Source: Macrostomum lignano
Taxonomy: Eukaryota
NCBI GenBank assembly: GCA_002269645.1
Contig: NIVC01000815.1
Span: forward strand, 1 to 64,000
Direction of reading: 5' to 3'
DNA length: 64,000 nucleotides
A program made the translations under genes and the position numbers. Below the pieces are notes generated by a model. It worked only from the letters and a program-made list of their open reading frames with translations. It made no database searches and was not told where the DNA came from. Of the stretch, positions 1-11,334 are shown piece by piece (the stretch's first letter is position 1; every line of letters begins with the position of its first letter).

Positions 1-3000
1 TTTAGTGCTTCAATCATTTCTTGGCACTTAATCCAGCATACTTGTTGTCGTGTACAAACACGCGACCAACTTCCAGCGCCCTCCAACGCATCACCATATT
101 TTCAATGTAAAATTTAAACCGCAAATCGGTACGAAATCTTGGACACCGGAATTGCATCAAATGCTTTGCATAGTCGCCCAAACTTAGTCCAAAATTACGT
201 GGCGTACTATAATCTCCTGCTCCATCCGGAAAGAGATGAGGATAAGCCAATGTAAAATATCCTTCATCCTGAAATTCGTTTACCGGCTCGTTGCTTCTTG
301 CTGGCCATTTCAATTTTTCACTCAAAAATTTGTCTCGTACTGCCGATTCCAATCGACGCAAAGGAGTCTCCAACAGCGAACTAATTGTTTCCTCGAGCTC
401 GTTCGTCTCGTCCGCATTTTTTTCTACTTGTTGCTGCAATCGCTCAGCTCTGGCTGAGCCGCCTTCTTGCTGTGCCGCCTCGAAATTCACTTCATTGTCA
501 GACTGCATTTCGACAATCATACCTTCTACTTGATGAGCATAACCATCTTCAGGCAGATGTAGCAACGCATCATTATTCATTGAAACCTGATACTGTCTAA
601 AGTACTTGTTGTTTGCCATTAAATAGCGCATCGCATTAGTCACTTTGTCGCGTCGAACTCGCAAATTGTTCATTGTGCCGCTTTGCGCTTCTCCAGGCTG
701 AACACGGGCTCTTTCGTCGTACATTAAAACAACTGGCAGAGATCGTCTTGGCAGCTCTCGCAAAACGTGCGACTGATCTTGAGGCAACATGATTCCGTGT
801 CCTCTCGATTTTGTTTGCTTTTGGGGAAAAATTTGTACCACAACAATAACCGACAAAACTGGCGAAATCAACATTTGCTCTGCTACACTCAAATCTTGCA
901 AATCTTCTGGCTGCTCCAACATCGGAATCGCATTGTTTTCTTGGCTAAACGATTTCGGCTCATTGTCATCTCTGAAACAACGATCGCACATGTCTTCAGA
1001 ATCGATGCTAAAATATTTTCAGGAAACTTTTCCCTACACACGTAGCACTGTTTCAAATGTGATACTTTTGTTATGTTTTCATTGAAAAAGTCTTGCCTCA
1101 TCTTTTTGAACTGGTCTGTGAACGGATTGCGAAGGCACTTTGGCAGATTAGGATCTCCGATTTCATCTTCAACAATTGGAGCATCTTGAGCGCTCTCTTC
1201 TGAAGTGCTGCTCTGCGGAACATTTTCTTTAGCTGGCTGCTGCTCCATTGTAGGCCGCTTTCTGGGTGACGAACGGATCGCTTCATCAGGCTTCTCCTGA
1301 GTAGCACGTGTCTTTCGTGGTGATGAATACGTAGAAGTAGCTGGAATATTATCAGACTGACGTTTATCTTGCTGCTCCTGCTGCAAAGGTGCCGTCTTCC
1401 TAGGCGACGATCGAACGGGTTCGCAGATATGATTTTCTGCGTTTGTCAATCTCTGTTTCCGTGGTAAAGAATTTGCATAGTTGACCACTTGCTGCTGGTT
1501 TTTCAAACGCTCGCTGCGACGAGTAGGAGCACTTGGTACAACGTCGCTCTTCTTTTCTCGACCTCTTCCTTTTTCCAAATGGCAAGAAACGCTTGAAACC
1601 GCCGAAACTGAGTCGCCACAACCGATGCAACTGCAACATGGTGCTCTCCGAGTGCGACTGCTTCTTCTCAATAAGCTCTGACCAGATACACTAGAGGCTG
1701 CAACAGACACAGACTCTAATGTGTTTGCTTTAGCGCTCAGTCGACTACTCCGACGCGTAGCGCAACTTGCCTTCCCAACATCCTTTTTACGCCGACTGCG
1801 CCGCGGAACATTTGATGGCACGGACTCTGACACACGATCACTTTTAACTGACTCTGACACATGCTCAATTTCAACTGACTCTGCGCTATCCTCCGCGTCA
1901 AGATCGACATTCCAATTCCAGACAGAGTTGTTCCGATCCCGAAGCACTTCATATGAATTCGGATGCGCAAACAAACTCGTATTATTTTCCAAGGACTTTG
2001 CTTGATTTCTACAACGTCCCTTCCAATGCCTACTTTGAACTCGGGTCCAGTCTGCAACCTTTTCAAAAGGCGTCATTGGTGGAGCTGGAGGTGGCATCAT
2101 TACAACAGGATCTTCGACAACATGAACATTCTCGTTGAGAGGGGGCATTTCCACATTCTTGGCGCTCAAATCTCCTTGGCCAGTCGGCCGAACTGAGCTT
2201 GCTTCATTAACTTCCAAATCATTGACACGAACGATTTCGTAGTGTTGACTACCAGGATTAAACAACAATCGAATAGTAGCCAAACGTTCTCCAATATTCG
2301 GTCGGGAATAATGGCCAGGCCGCGCTAGATTAAGCATGTTTGACTGATAAATAAACACTTCTAGCCGCAACAGTTCACCAATTAGTTCTGGAACTCCGCA
2401 TGGCACGTACATACGGGGACGCCTTGTATCGTCGCGCACTTTTTCCCAATTCAGTCCTGTTTGCATAATTCTTTCCTGATTATTGACATCGCGATGCACC
2501 CATTGCTCGAATTCTGCAGCAACCGCATCTCGAAAATCTTCTACGCTTAGCGATTGATAGGCGGAAAAACCTGGCAGTTCTTGTAATTGTCTCAATATGG
2601 CCGTGAAAAAACAGTTGCCGTCACCTCGTACATTCTCAACGCGACACGAAGAAAAAGGAACCCATACAGGTTGGACTTGTACAGCAGCAGTTACATGACC
2701 TTCGGCAAAATCCATTGCAGTAGCACCTGTTTCATCTGTAAAAGAATACAACTCTTAAACAGTGAGGTATGATAATTTTAAGGAATTGAGCATTAATTGT
2801 ATTTTGCACAAGTCGTAAACACTAAAATCTAATTTTCAATATTCGCAAGCAAAGTCAGATGTAAGAAAGAAAATTAACTTGTACTATGCATAGAAATTCA
2901 ATAAAAAATAAAACTCTCACCAGCACTCAAGTAGCCTATAAGTTGCTCATTGTAAGCAGCACCAGAATTGGGCACTTCAGCATCACCTTCGACCACGGGG

Positions 3001-3292
3001 TATTCCGAAGCAGCCAGAGCGTCGGCCAGAGCAGCATCATGTTCAGCTAGCAGGGCAGCCAGACCAGCCTCGTCCAGCTTAATCACAGACTCAGTTTTAG
3101 CAGCAGCATCAGCAGAAGCACCAGCTTTAGTCCCAGCAGCGGCAATAGAAGAGGCAGCAGCAGCTTCCGGTTGTACATCTGGCTCTTGAATCTGTTCTTC
3201 GCCAGCAGTTAAATCACCGACAGCAGCAACTTTAATATTATTCTTGGAGCGGCTCCAGTTTTTCTTCTTCGGCCGTCCGCACTTTTTCGCAC
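1..3292 (-). mobile_element. Helitron/Helentron Rep-helicase gene, 5' portion (AT-hook-like motif, OTU cysteine protease, Cys-rich motif, pre-Rep region); continues beyond left edge
   Basis: Exon 3292-2921 (GRPKKK AT-hook-like motif; acceptor ttaaacag, donor GTGAGA) splices in phase 1 to acceptor ttttacag at 2735, joining YLSA-D-ETG in frame. OTU motif VRGDGNCFFTAI...NPGSQHYE in ORF 889-2751. After a 1-nt frameshift at 1010-1013, ORF 14-991 has CYVC..CDRC, EQMLISPV..SRGHGIMLPQD and PVNEFQDEGYFTLAYPHLFPDGAGD..DLRFKFYIEN, motifs typical of the region preceding the Helitron Rep domain. Rep catalytic and helicase motifs are not in the window. Confidence 0.8.
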
Positions 3293-3333
3293 CTGTTTAA
3301 AGTCACAGTAAAAAAGAAATTTATAAATCTACC

Positions 3334-3356
3334 TATATATATATATATATATATAT
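3334..3356. repeat. (TA)n microsatellite
   Basis: Run of TA dinucleotides. Confidence 0.95.
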
Positions 3357-3574
3357 GTCTGTCCATCTATTTCGCTCTAGAGCGTGCCATTCTTGATCAA
3401 TTTTGATAGCGTTTTTTCTAAACTATTGCAGATTTTGCACTGATTATACAGTGGTCAAAATTTCTTAAATCTGCTCAAATTCTAAGGGTGTTAAACATTC
3501 GAAAATAGAGTTTCTATAATTATTTTAATGATCTGTCAAACAAGGTCAGATTCCAATTGAATTTATTCCCTTTG

Positions 3575-3860
3575 TCAAAACTATTCAGTCGAAACTACTC
3601 AGTCGAAACTATTGAGTTCACACTATTCAGTCAAAACTACTCAGTCAAGATTATTAAGTCTAAACTATTCAGTTGTAACTATTCAGTTGAAATTATTCTG
3701 TCTGTCAAAACTATTCAGGCGAAACTATTCAATCTAAACTATTGAGTGTGAACTATTGATTTGAGCTGCGTCAGTTAAGAGTTTGAAAAATTCACATTTT
3801 TAGACATCTGAAAAACACTTTTTTACAGAATTACCTGTGAACTATTCAGTGTGAGTTATA
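3575..3860. repeat. Degenerate ~13-bp tandem repeat (AAACTATTCAGTC-like)
   Basis: Recurrent aaactattcagt/aaactactcagt units, interrupted at about 3760-3836 by a diverged copy of sequence also found at about 7292-7368. Confidence 0.75.
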
Positions 3861-4400
3861 GTGTGAACAATTGAGATTTATTGTTTGGTAAATAAATTGT
3901 GTAGTGCAGGAACTTTTTAGTTTGTCTGTTGCCCAAATGGGCAGCCAAGAATGCTAGTAAAAGCTGGTTTCCTAAGGTGTGAATATTAATAATAAAGGTA
4001 GGATTGCTTTGAAACTATTCCTGAAAGTAGCACCTATCACCTGCAAGTTGCAACAAATGTACAAAACTTACTATTGGCAGCAACAGAAGAAGCACTTGTA
4101 TCCTTGTTAATGCTAGTGTTGTCCTTGATGCTGTTTTTGTCGTTGCCCATCCTGTCTAAATAAACATGTTAGTAAATATTTCAGAATGATAAAGAAACTA
4201 ATTAGCTAAACACAGAAAACATGCTACTCTTTACCAAGTTAACTCAACTCTTTTCTGGTGGCAAATTTAGTTAAACTACGAACACTAGCACTGCTACTGG
4301 ATTGTGGATTAATATGCTGCAGCATAATATACTGGCATATAGGCGGTGTGTGCCATGTAGTTTTTGTGCTTTCAACATTTTTTCTTGGATTTAGTGCATA

Positions 4401-7400
4401 TTTTCTAGAGTTTTTTCAGGCATATTCCATGTTTTTGTACATGCTTCTAGGAATTCTATATCAGCAAAAAAACATCCCTTGGTAAAAATTCACCATAAAC
4501 TAAGTGTCTAGCACTTTCAAGCATTGCTTGATATAAGGAGCATTGGCATGTATATATTGTCTAGCAAAAATGCTAAATTTATAATAAATTGAGCAGAATT
4601 TATAAAAAGTGTCCACAAACTTCTACCATTAAGCAGAGTACTACAGATATTTGTACTATGCTAAACATATGAAGAAATAAAAAGAATACTTACTTCAAAA
4701 CTAAAGTCTTAAGTCAAAATTATGCAAACAAAAGGAAAATTCAAGTTAAATTTGACTGATAACTACAAAATAAAATGTGAAAGGATGAGTACTTTTAAAA
4801 GATATATGTAAATATGACTATAATTTATAAAAATATGGAGCAAAAAGCAAAGCAGAGAAAAAAAACGTAAATATTTGGCAGAATACAATTAATTAGCTAT
4901 AAAATAATATTAAAGTACTATACTTCAGTTATATTTCAAATAAAATTTGAAGCTTACACTTACAGTGTAAAACTGATAACAATTGAATATATTACAATTA
5001 AAACTTGTACTTGTAGAATATAATATATTGTACAATAATTATATATAATGTAGTAGGATACGAATAAATAGCGTAACAAAACCGAATATTATAGCTACAG
5101 ATTGAAGCTTGAAAATATTTCAGATTTAGATAGCGTTTGCTTAGATAAGTTGCTTTGAAAATTTGGGGTCAAATTTGTCCTACAGCAATAAACTACTGTT
5201 AACATAACCGATTTAAATTTAAATTTTTGTAGAAATTATAAGGAACAGAACGACTGAAATGTACAGTTTAATTATTTCAAAATTAAATAATTTCGAATTC
5301 TATTTTACCTTATTGCTTTCTTCAATTAAATTTTGTTATACAATTTATAAAATGCCTATTTTCAAAATATACCTCAAAAAGTAAGTTCAACAGCTTTAAA
5401 AATGCGCACGTTTTTACACTTCACGGCTCCAAAAAGTCACCATAGAAGATTTTTGCAGGACGCAAGACTTTTTACGTTACAAAATAGCACTTTTATGTGC
5501 ATTTTTTATTCAGTTTCAAAAGGCTTTTTAGTTACCTATTTGGTATTTTTTGTTTTAAAGATTTTTGCGAAATCAGGTCATTTTAACTTGTTACGAAACT
5601 GTGGACCCACACTTTTACGCAACGCAATGCGCATGATGTCATCTTAAAGCACTTGCTAAATGCTATTTATTGACACTACACTGAAGGCCTGGCGTAGGAT
5701 AGTTAATAAATGGCAGCGTGAAATATAGCAAAAAAACGCATAGTACCGGAACCTCGTAATTCGGTAAAATGTTAATAGCGTCAAAATACGAATTTTCGCA
5801 CACTAACGAAGATGGCAGTCATCTGTACGTGTTTACTGGGCACAATAGTGCTCTTGGAAGCTAAGAACCTCATAGCGAAAATTAATATATTTTCCGCCCT
5901 ATGTAGTGCTCAAATGGGTTGTTTTTGCACAAAATCACGTTTTTCGATTTTGAGAGTCAATTAAAAATTTTTTTTGCAACTGACAGACGTGAATGTCACT
6001 TTTTCTGAGAGTATTCATCTAGATGTTTCTAATAAGTACTAATATGGGTCATTCTTATGCTTCACCTATCCTTAGTATAGGTACAAAGTCATTATTTCAT
6101 TTCCAGCAAGTCACGTGACCTGGCCTGAGGTGTACAACGCATCGTGCAATGCCAGCGAACATACACTCAAATTAAAGCACTTTTTAAATGCTAACTATTG
6201 ACACCACACTGAAGGCCTGGCGTAGCATCGTTAATAAATGGCAGCGTGAAATATAGCAAAAAAACGCATAACACCGGAACCTCGTAATTCGGTAAATGTT
6301 ATTAGCGTAAAAATACGAATTTTCGCACACTAACGAAGATAGCAGTCATCTGTACGTGTTTACTGGGCACAATAGTGCTCTTGGAAGCTAAGAACCTCAT
6401 AGCGAAAATCAATAAATTTTTCACCCTATGTGTGCTCATATAGGTTGTTTTTGCACAAAATCACGTTTTTCGATTTTAAAAGTCAATTATAACAAAATTT
6501 TGCAACTGACAGACGTGAATATCATTTTTTCTGACAGTAGTCATCTAGGTGTTTCTAATAAGTACAAATTTTGGTTCATTCTTACGCTTCACCTATCCTT
6601 AGTATAGGTACAAAGTCATTATTTCATTTCCAGCAAGTCACGTGACCTGACCTGAGGTGTACAACGCATCGTGCAATGACAGCGAACATACATTCAAATT
6701 AAAGTACATCTAAAATGTAGTTCAATGACACCAAGCGCGTCGCGCTCCGGTAATCCGCTCAAAAGTTACAGGCTAAAAAGTATGTTCGATATGCAAGCCC
6801 CCCGTACCGTCGTTAAAGTACATTTCTGTACCGGCAGCGACTTCAATAAACTAAGACGAAATTTCAAAATATACATATTGTGCGCAATTTAGTTGTGCAC
6901 CTTGCCTAAAAAGTCTGATTTTCCTAGCATGTCGTCGTTTCTTATTTTTTGTACATTTGTATCATGAAAAATACATAAAAATAGCCTAAATCACGTTTAT
7001 CGACTTTAGCAGTGTATGGCTCAGAGTCAGTGCAACGAAACGGCTCAAAATGTATTATAAACATGTAGATCTTACCTAAATGACCGCATTCATGTACTTT
7101 TTAGAGTCTCGCAACAAGGTTGAATTTCCTTTATTTCGGTTCGAATACCTACCCGTCGAATATTCGAATGTAATTAACAGGTGCGAATGTACAGTTAAAG
7201 TGAGTATCTTGGTTAAAGTCGTGCGTCATGTAAGAGTCCCAGGTGCCATTGTTAGAATGACGCAGCTCAAAGGTCGCGCTGACGCGCGACCTTTGAGCTG
7301 CGTCAGTTGAAAGTTGATAAAAATGCGCATTTTTTGACACTTAAAAAACACACTTTTACAGAATTACCTATCAAGGTAAGCATTTAGCGGAAAATAACCA

Positions 7401-10400
7401 ATCAGTGTCTTGAAGGTCTGAAAATTCGCCAAAAGTTGGGTTCAATCAATTTTTGACTCCATATTGTGAATCCTTATTTTTTGAGATTCAAGATTTGGAC
7501 GGGTCTAAAAAAAGTCACTTTTTTGTTGCCATGGCAACCAAGACGCGTTGCTATGGAACTTTCACGTCACACATCTTGTAGCCCTAAATGTTTTACGTCC
7601 ATAGAGGGGTCACACATGGTTTCATCTCAAGTGGTTTTAACTCTGCATCAATTTTATTTTCTAAAACGTTGATTTTACGTTGGGGGAGTCTCCGGGACAT
7701 CTTATCTCGGTCTCGTTTGTTAGAAAAAAAAATTTTCTAGAGTTTTTTCAGGCATATTCCATGTTTTTGTACATGCTTCTAGGAATTCTATATCAGCAAA
7801 AAAACATCCCTTGGTAAAAATTCACCATAAACTAAGTGTCTAGCACTTTCAAGCATTGCTTGATATAAGGAGCATTGGCATGTATATATTGTCTAGCAAA
7901 AATGCTAAATTTATAATAAATTGAGCAGAATTTATAAAAAGTGTCCACAAACTTCTACCATTAAGCAGAGTACTACAGATATTTGTACTATGCTAAACAT
8001 ATGAAGAAATAAAAAGAATACTTACTTCAAAACTAAAGTCTTAAGTCAAAATTATGCAAACAAAAGGAAAATTCAAGTTAAATTTGACTGATAACTACAA
8101 AATAAAATGTGAAAGGATGAGTACTTTTAAAAGATATATGTAAATATGACTATAATTTATAAAAATATGGAGCAAAAAGCAAAGCAGAGAAAAAAAACGT
8201 AAATATTTGGCAGAATACAATTAATTAGCTATAAAATAATATTAAAGTACTATACTTCAGTTATATTTCAAATAAAATTTGAAGCTTACACTTACAGTGT
8301 AAAACTGATAACAATTGAATATATTACAATTAAAACTTGTACTTGTAGAATATAATATATTGTACAATAATTATATATAATGTAGTAGGATACGAATAAA
8401 TAGCGTAACAAAACCGAATATTATAGCTACAGATTGAAGCTTGAAAATATTTCAGATTTAGATAGCGTTTGCTTAGATAAGTTGCTTTGAAAATTTGGGG
8501 TCAAATTTGTCCTACAGCAATAAACTACTGTTAACATAACCGATTTAAATTTAAATTTTTGTAGAAATTATAAGGAACAGAACGACTGAAATGTACAGTT
8601 TAATTATTTCAAAATTAAATAATTTCGAATTCTATTTTACCTTATTGCTTTCTTCAATTAAATTTTGTTATACAATTTATAAAATGCCTATTTTCAAAAT
8701 ATACCTCAAAAAGTAAGTTCAACAGCTTTAAAAATGCGCACGTTTTTACACTTCACGGCTCCAAAAAGTCACCATAGAAGATTTTTGCAGGACGCAAGAC
8801 TTTTTACGTTACAAAATAGCACTTTTATGTGCATTTTTTATTCAGTTTCAAAAGGCTTTTTAGTTACCTATTTGGTATTTTTTGTTTTAAAGATTTTTGC
8901 GAAATCAGGTCATTTTAACTTGTTACGAAACTGTGGACCCACACTTTTACGCAACGCAATGCGCATGATGTCATCTTAAAGCACTTGCTAAATGCTATTT
9001 ATTGACACTACACTGAAGGCCTGGCGTAGGATAGTTAATAAATGGCAGCGTGAAATATAGCAAAAAAACGCATAGTACCGGAACCTCGTAATTCGGTAAA
9101 ATGTTAATAGCGTCAAAATACGAATTTTCGCACACTAACGAAGATGGCAGTCATCTGTACGTGTTTACTGGGCACAATAGTGCTCTTGGAAGCTAAGAAC
9201 CTCATAGCGAAAATTAATATATTTTCCGCCCTATGTAGTGCTCAAATGGGTTGTTTTTGCACAAAATCACGTTTTTCGATTTTGAGAGTCAATTAAAAAT
9301 TTTTTTTGCAACTGACAGACGTGAATGTCACTTTTTCTGAGAGTATTCATCTAGATGTTTCTAATAAGTACTAATATGGGTCATTCTTATGCTTCACCTA
9401 TCCTTAGTATAGGTACAAAGTCATTATTTCATTTCCAGCAAGTCACGTGACCTGGCCTGAGGTGTACAACGCATCGTGCAATGCCAGCGAACATACACTC
9501 AAATTAAAGCACTTTTTAAATGCTAACTATTGACACCACACTGAAGGCCTGGCGTAGCATCGTTAATAAATGGCAGCGTGAAATATAGCAAAAAAACGCA
9601 TAACACCGGAACCTCGTAATTCGGTAAATGTTATTAGCGTAAAAATACGAATTTTCGCACACTAACGAAGATAGCAGTCATCTGTACGTGTTTACTGGGC
9701 ACAATAGTGCTCTTGGAAGCTAAGAACCTCATAGCGAAAATCAATAAATTTTTCACCCTATGTGTGCTCATATAGGTTGTTTTTGCACAAAATCACGTTT
9801 TTCGATTTTAAAAGTCAATTATAACAAAATTTTGCAACTGACAGACGTGAATATCATTTTTTCTGACAGTAGTCATCTAGGTGTTTCTAATAAGTACAAA
9901 TTTTGGTTCATTCTTACGCTTCACCTATCCTTAGTATAGGTACAAAGTCATTATTTCATTTCCAGCAAGTCACGTGACCTGACCTGAGGTGTACAACGCA
10001 TCGTGCAATGACAGCGAACATACATTCAAATTAAAGTACATCTAAAATGTAGTTCAATGACACCAAGCGCGTCGCGCTCCGGTAATCCGCTCAAAAGTTA
10101 CAGGCTAAAAAGTATGTTCGATATGCAAGCCCCCCGTACCGTCGTTAAAGTACATTTCTGTACCGGCAGCGACTTCAATAAACTAAGACGAAATTTCAAA
10201 ATATACATATTGTGCGCAATTTAGTTGTGCACCTTGCCTAAAAAGTCTGATTTTCCTAGCATGTCGTCGTTTCTTATTTTTTGTACATTTGTATCATGAA
10301 AAATACATAAAAATAGCCTAAATCACGTTTATCGACTTTAGCAGTGTATGGCTCAGAGTCAGTGCAACGAAACGGCTCAAAATGTATTATAAACATGTAG

Positions 10401-11052
10401 ATCTTACCTAAATGACCGCATTCATGTACTTTTTAGAGTCTCGCAACAAGGTTGAATTTCCTTTATTTCGGTTCGAATACCTACCCGTCGAATATTCGAA
10501 TGTAATTAACAGGTGCGAATGTACAGTTAAAGTGAGTATCTTGGTTAAAGTCGTGCGTCATGTAAGAGTCCCAGGTGCCATTGTTAGAATGACGCAGCTC
10601 AAAGGTCGCGCTGACGCGCGACCTTTGAGCTGCGTCAGTTGAAAGTTGATAAAAATGCGCATTTTTTGACACTTAAAAAACACACTTTTACAGAATTACC
10701 TATCAAGGTAAGCATTTAGCGGAAAATAACCAATCAGTGTCTTGAAGGTCTGAAAATTCGCCAAAAGTTGGGTTCAATCAATTTTTGACTCCATATTGTG
10801 AATCCTTATTTTTTGAGATTCAAGATTTGGACGGGTCTAAAAAAAGTCACTTTTTTGTTGCCATGGCAACCAAGACGCGTTGCTATGGAACTTTCACGTC
10901 ACACATCTTGTAGCCCTAAATGTTTTACGTCCATAGAGGGGTCACACATGGTTTCATCTCAAGTGGTTTTAACTCTGCATCAATTTTATTTTCTAAAACG
11001 TTGATTTTACGTTGGGGGAGTCTCCGGGACATCTTATCTCGGTCTCGTTTGT
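4401..11052. repeat. Tandem duplication of a 3,332-bp AT-rich unit (4401-7720 and 7733-11052), each with an internal ~530-bp imperfect duplication and a 22-bp perfect hairpin
   Basis: Four small ORFs recur with identical translation at an exact offset of 3332 (5402/8734, 7080/10412, 7149/10481, 7466/10798). 12-nt spacer TAGAAAAAAAAA at the junction. Internal repeat ctgaaggcctggcgtag at 5681 and 6209. Hairpin at 7258-7305 and 10590-10637. Confidence 0.95.
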
Positions 11053-11123
11053 CCGAAAAAATTGCCAACGAGGAGCTACGCTCGCTTCGCTCGCTTCGCT
11101 CCTCGTTGGCAATTTTTCCGGAC
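11051..11123. other. Inverted repeat/hairpin (20-bp perfect stem, extendable) with GCTCGCTTC repeats in the loop; possible rolling-circle element terminus
   Basis: aaaaattgccaacgaggagc (11057-11076) is the exact reverse complement of gctcctcgttggcaattttt (11098-11117). It lies exactly between the 3.3-kb duplication and the LINE 5' end. Confidence 0.7.
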
Positions 11124-11334
11124 TGCACTTCGACCTAACTAGCCTAGCTTAGCTCTTAAAAGTACTTTAGTTAGCCTTCCATTCCACTGTACATTTGTTT
11201 TTATCTCTACCCCACCCCTAGTCTTATCTTGCAGTCGCCCCACCCCTCTCAGCGAGCGCACTTTGTGTGCCTCCTGACTCATTAGTAGTTGTCTAGTTTA
11301 GTTTAGTGTGAGTGCACCCAAATAATCACGCCAT

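Noticed and set aside
4401-4460. CTAG at the duplication boundary as a canonical Helitron 3' end
   Set aside because: The nearby hairpin is short, AT-rich and not at the typical distance, and CTAG is frequent in this region.
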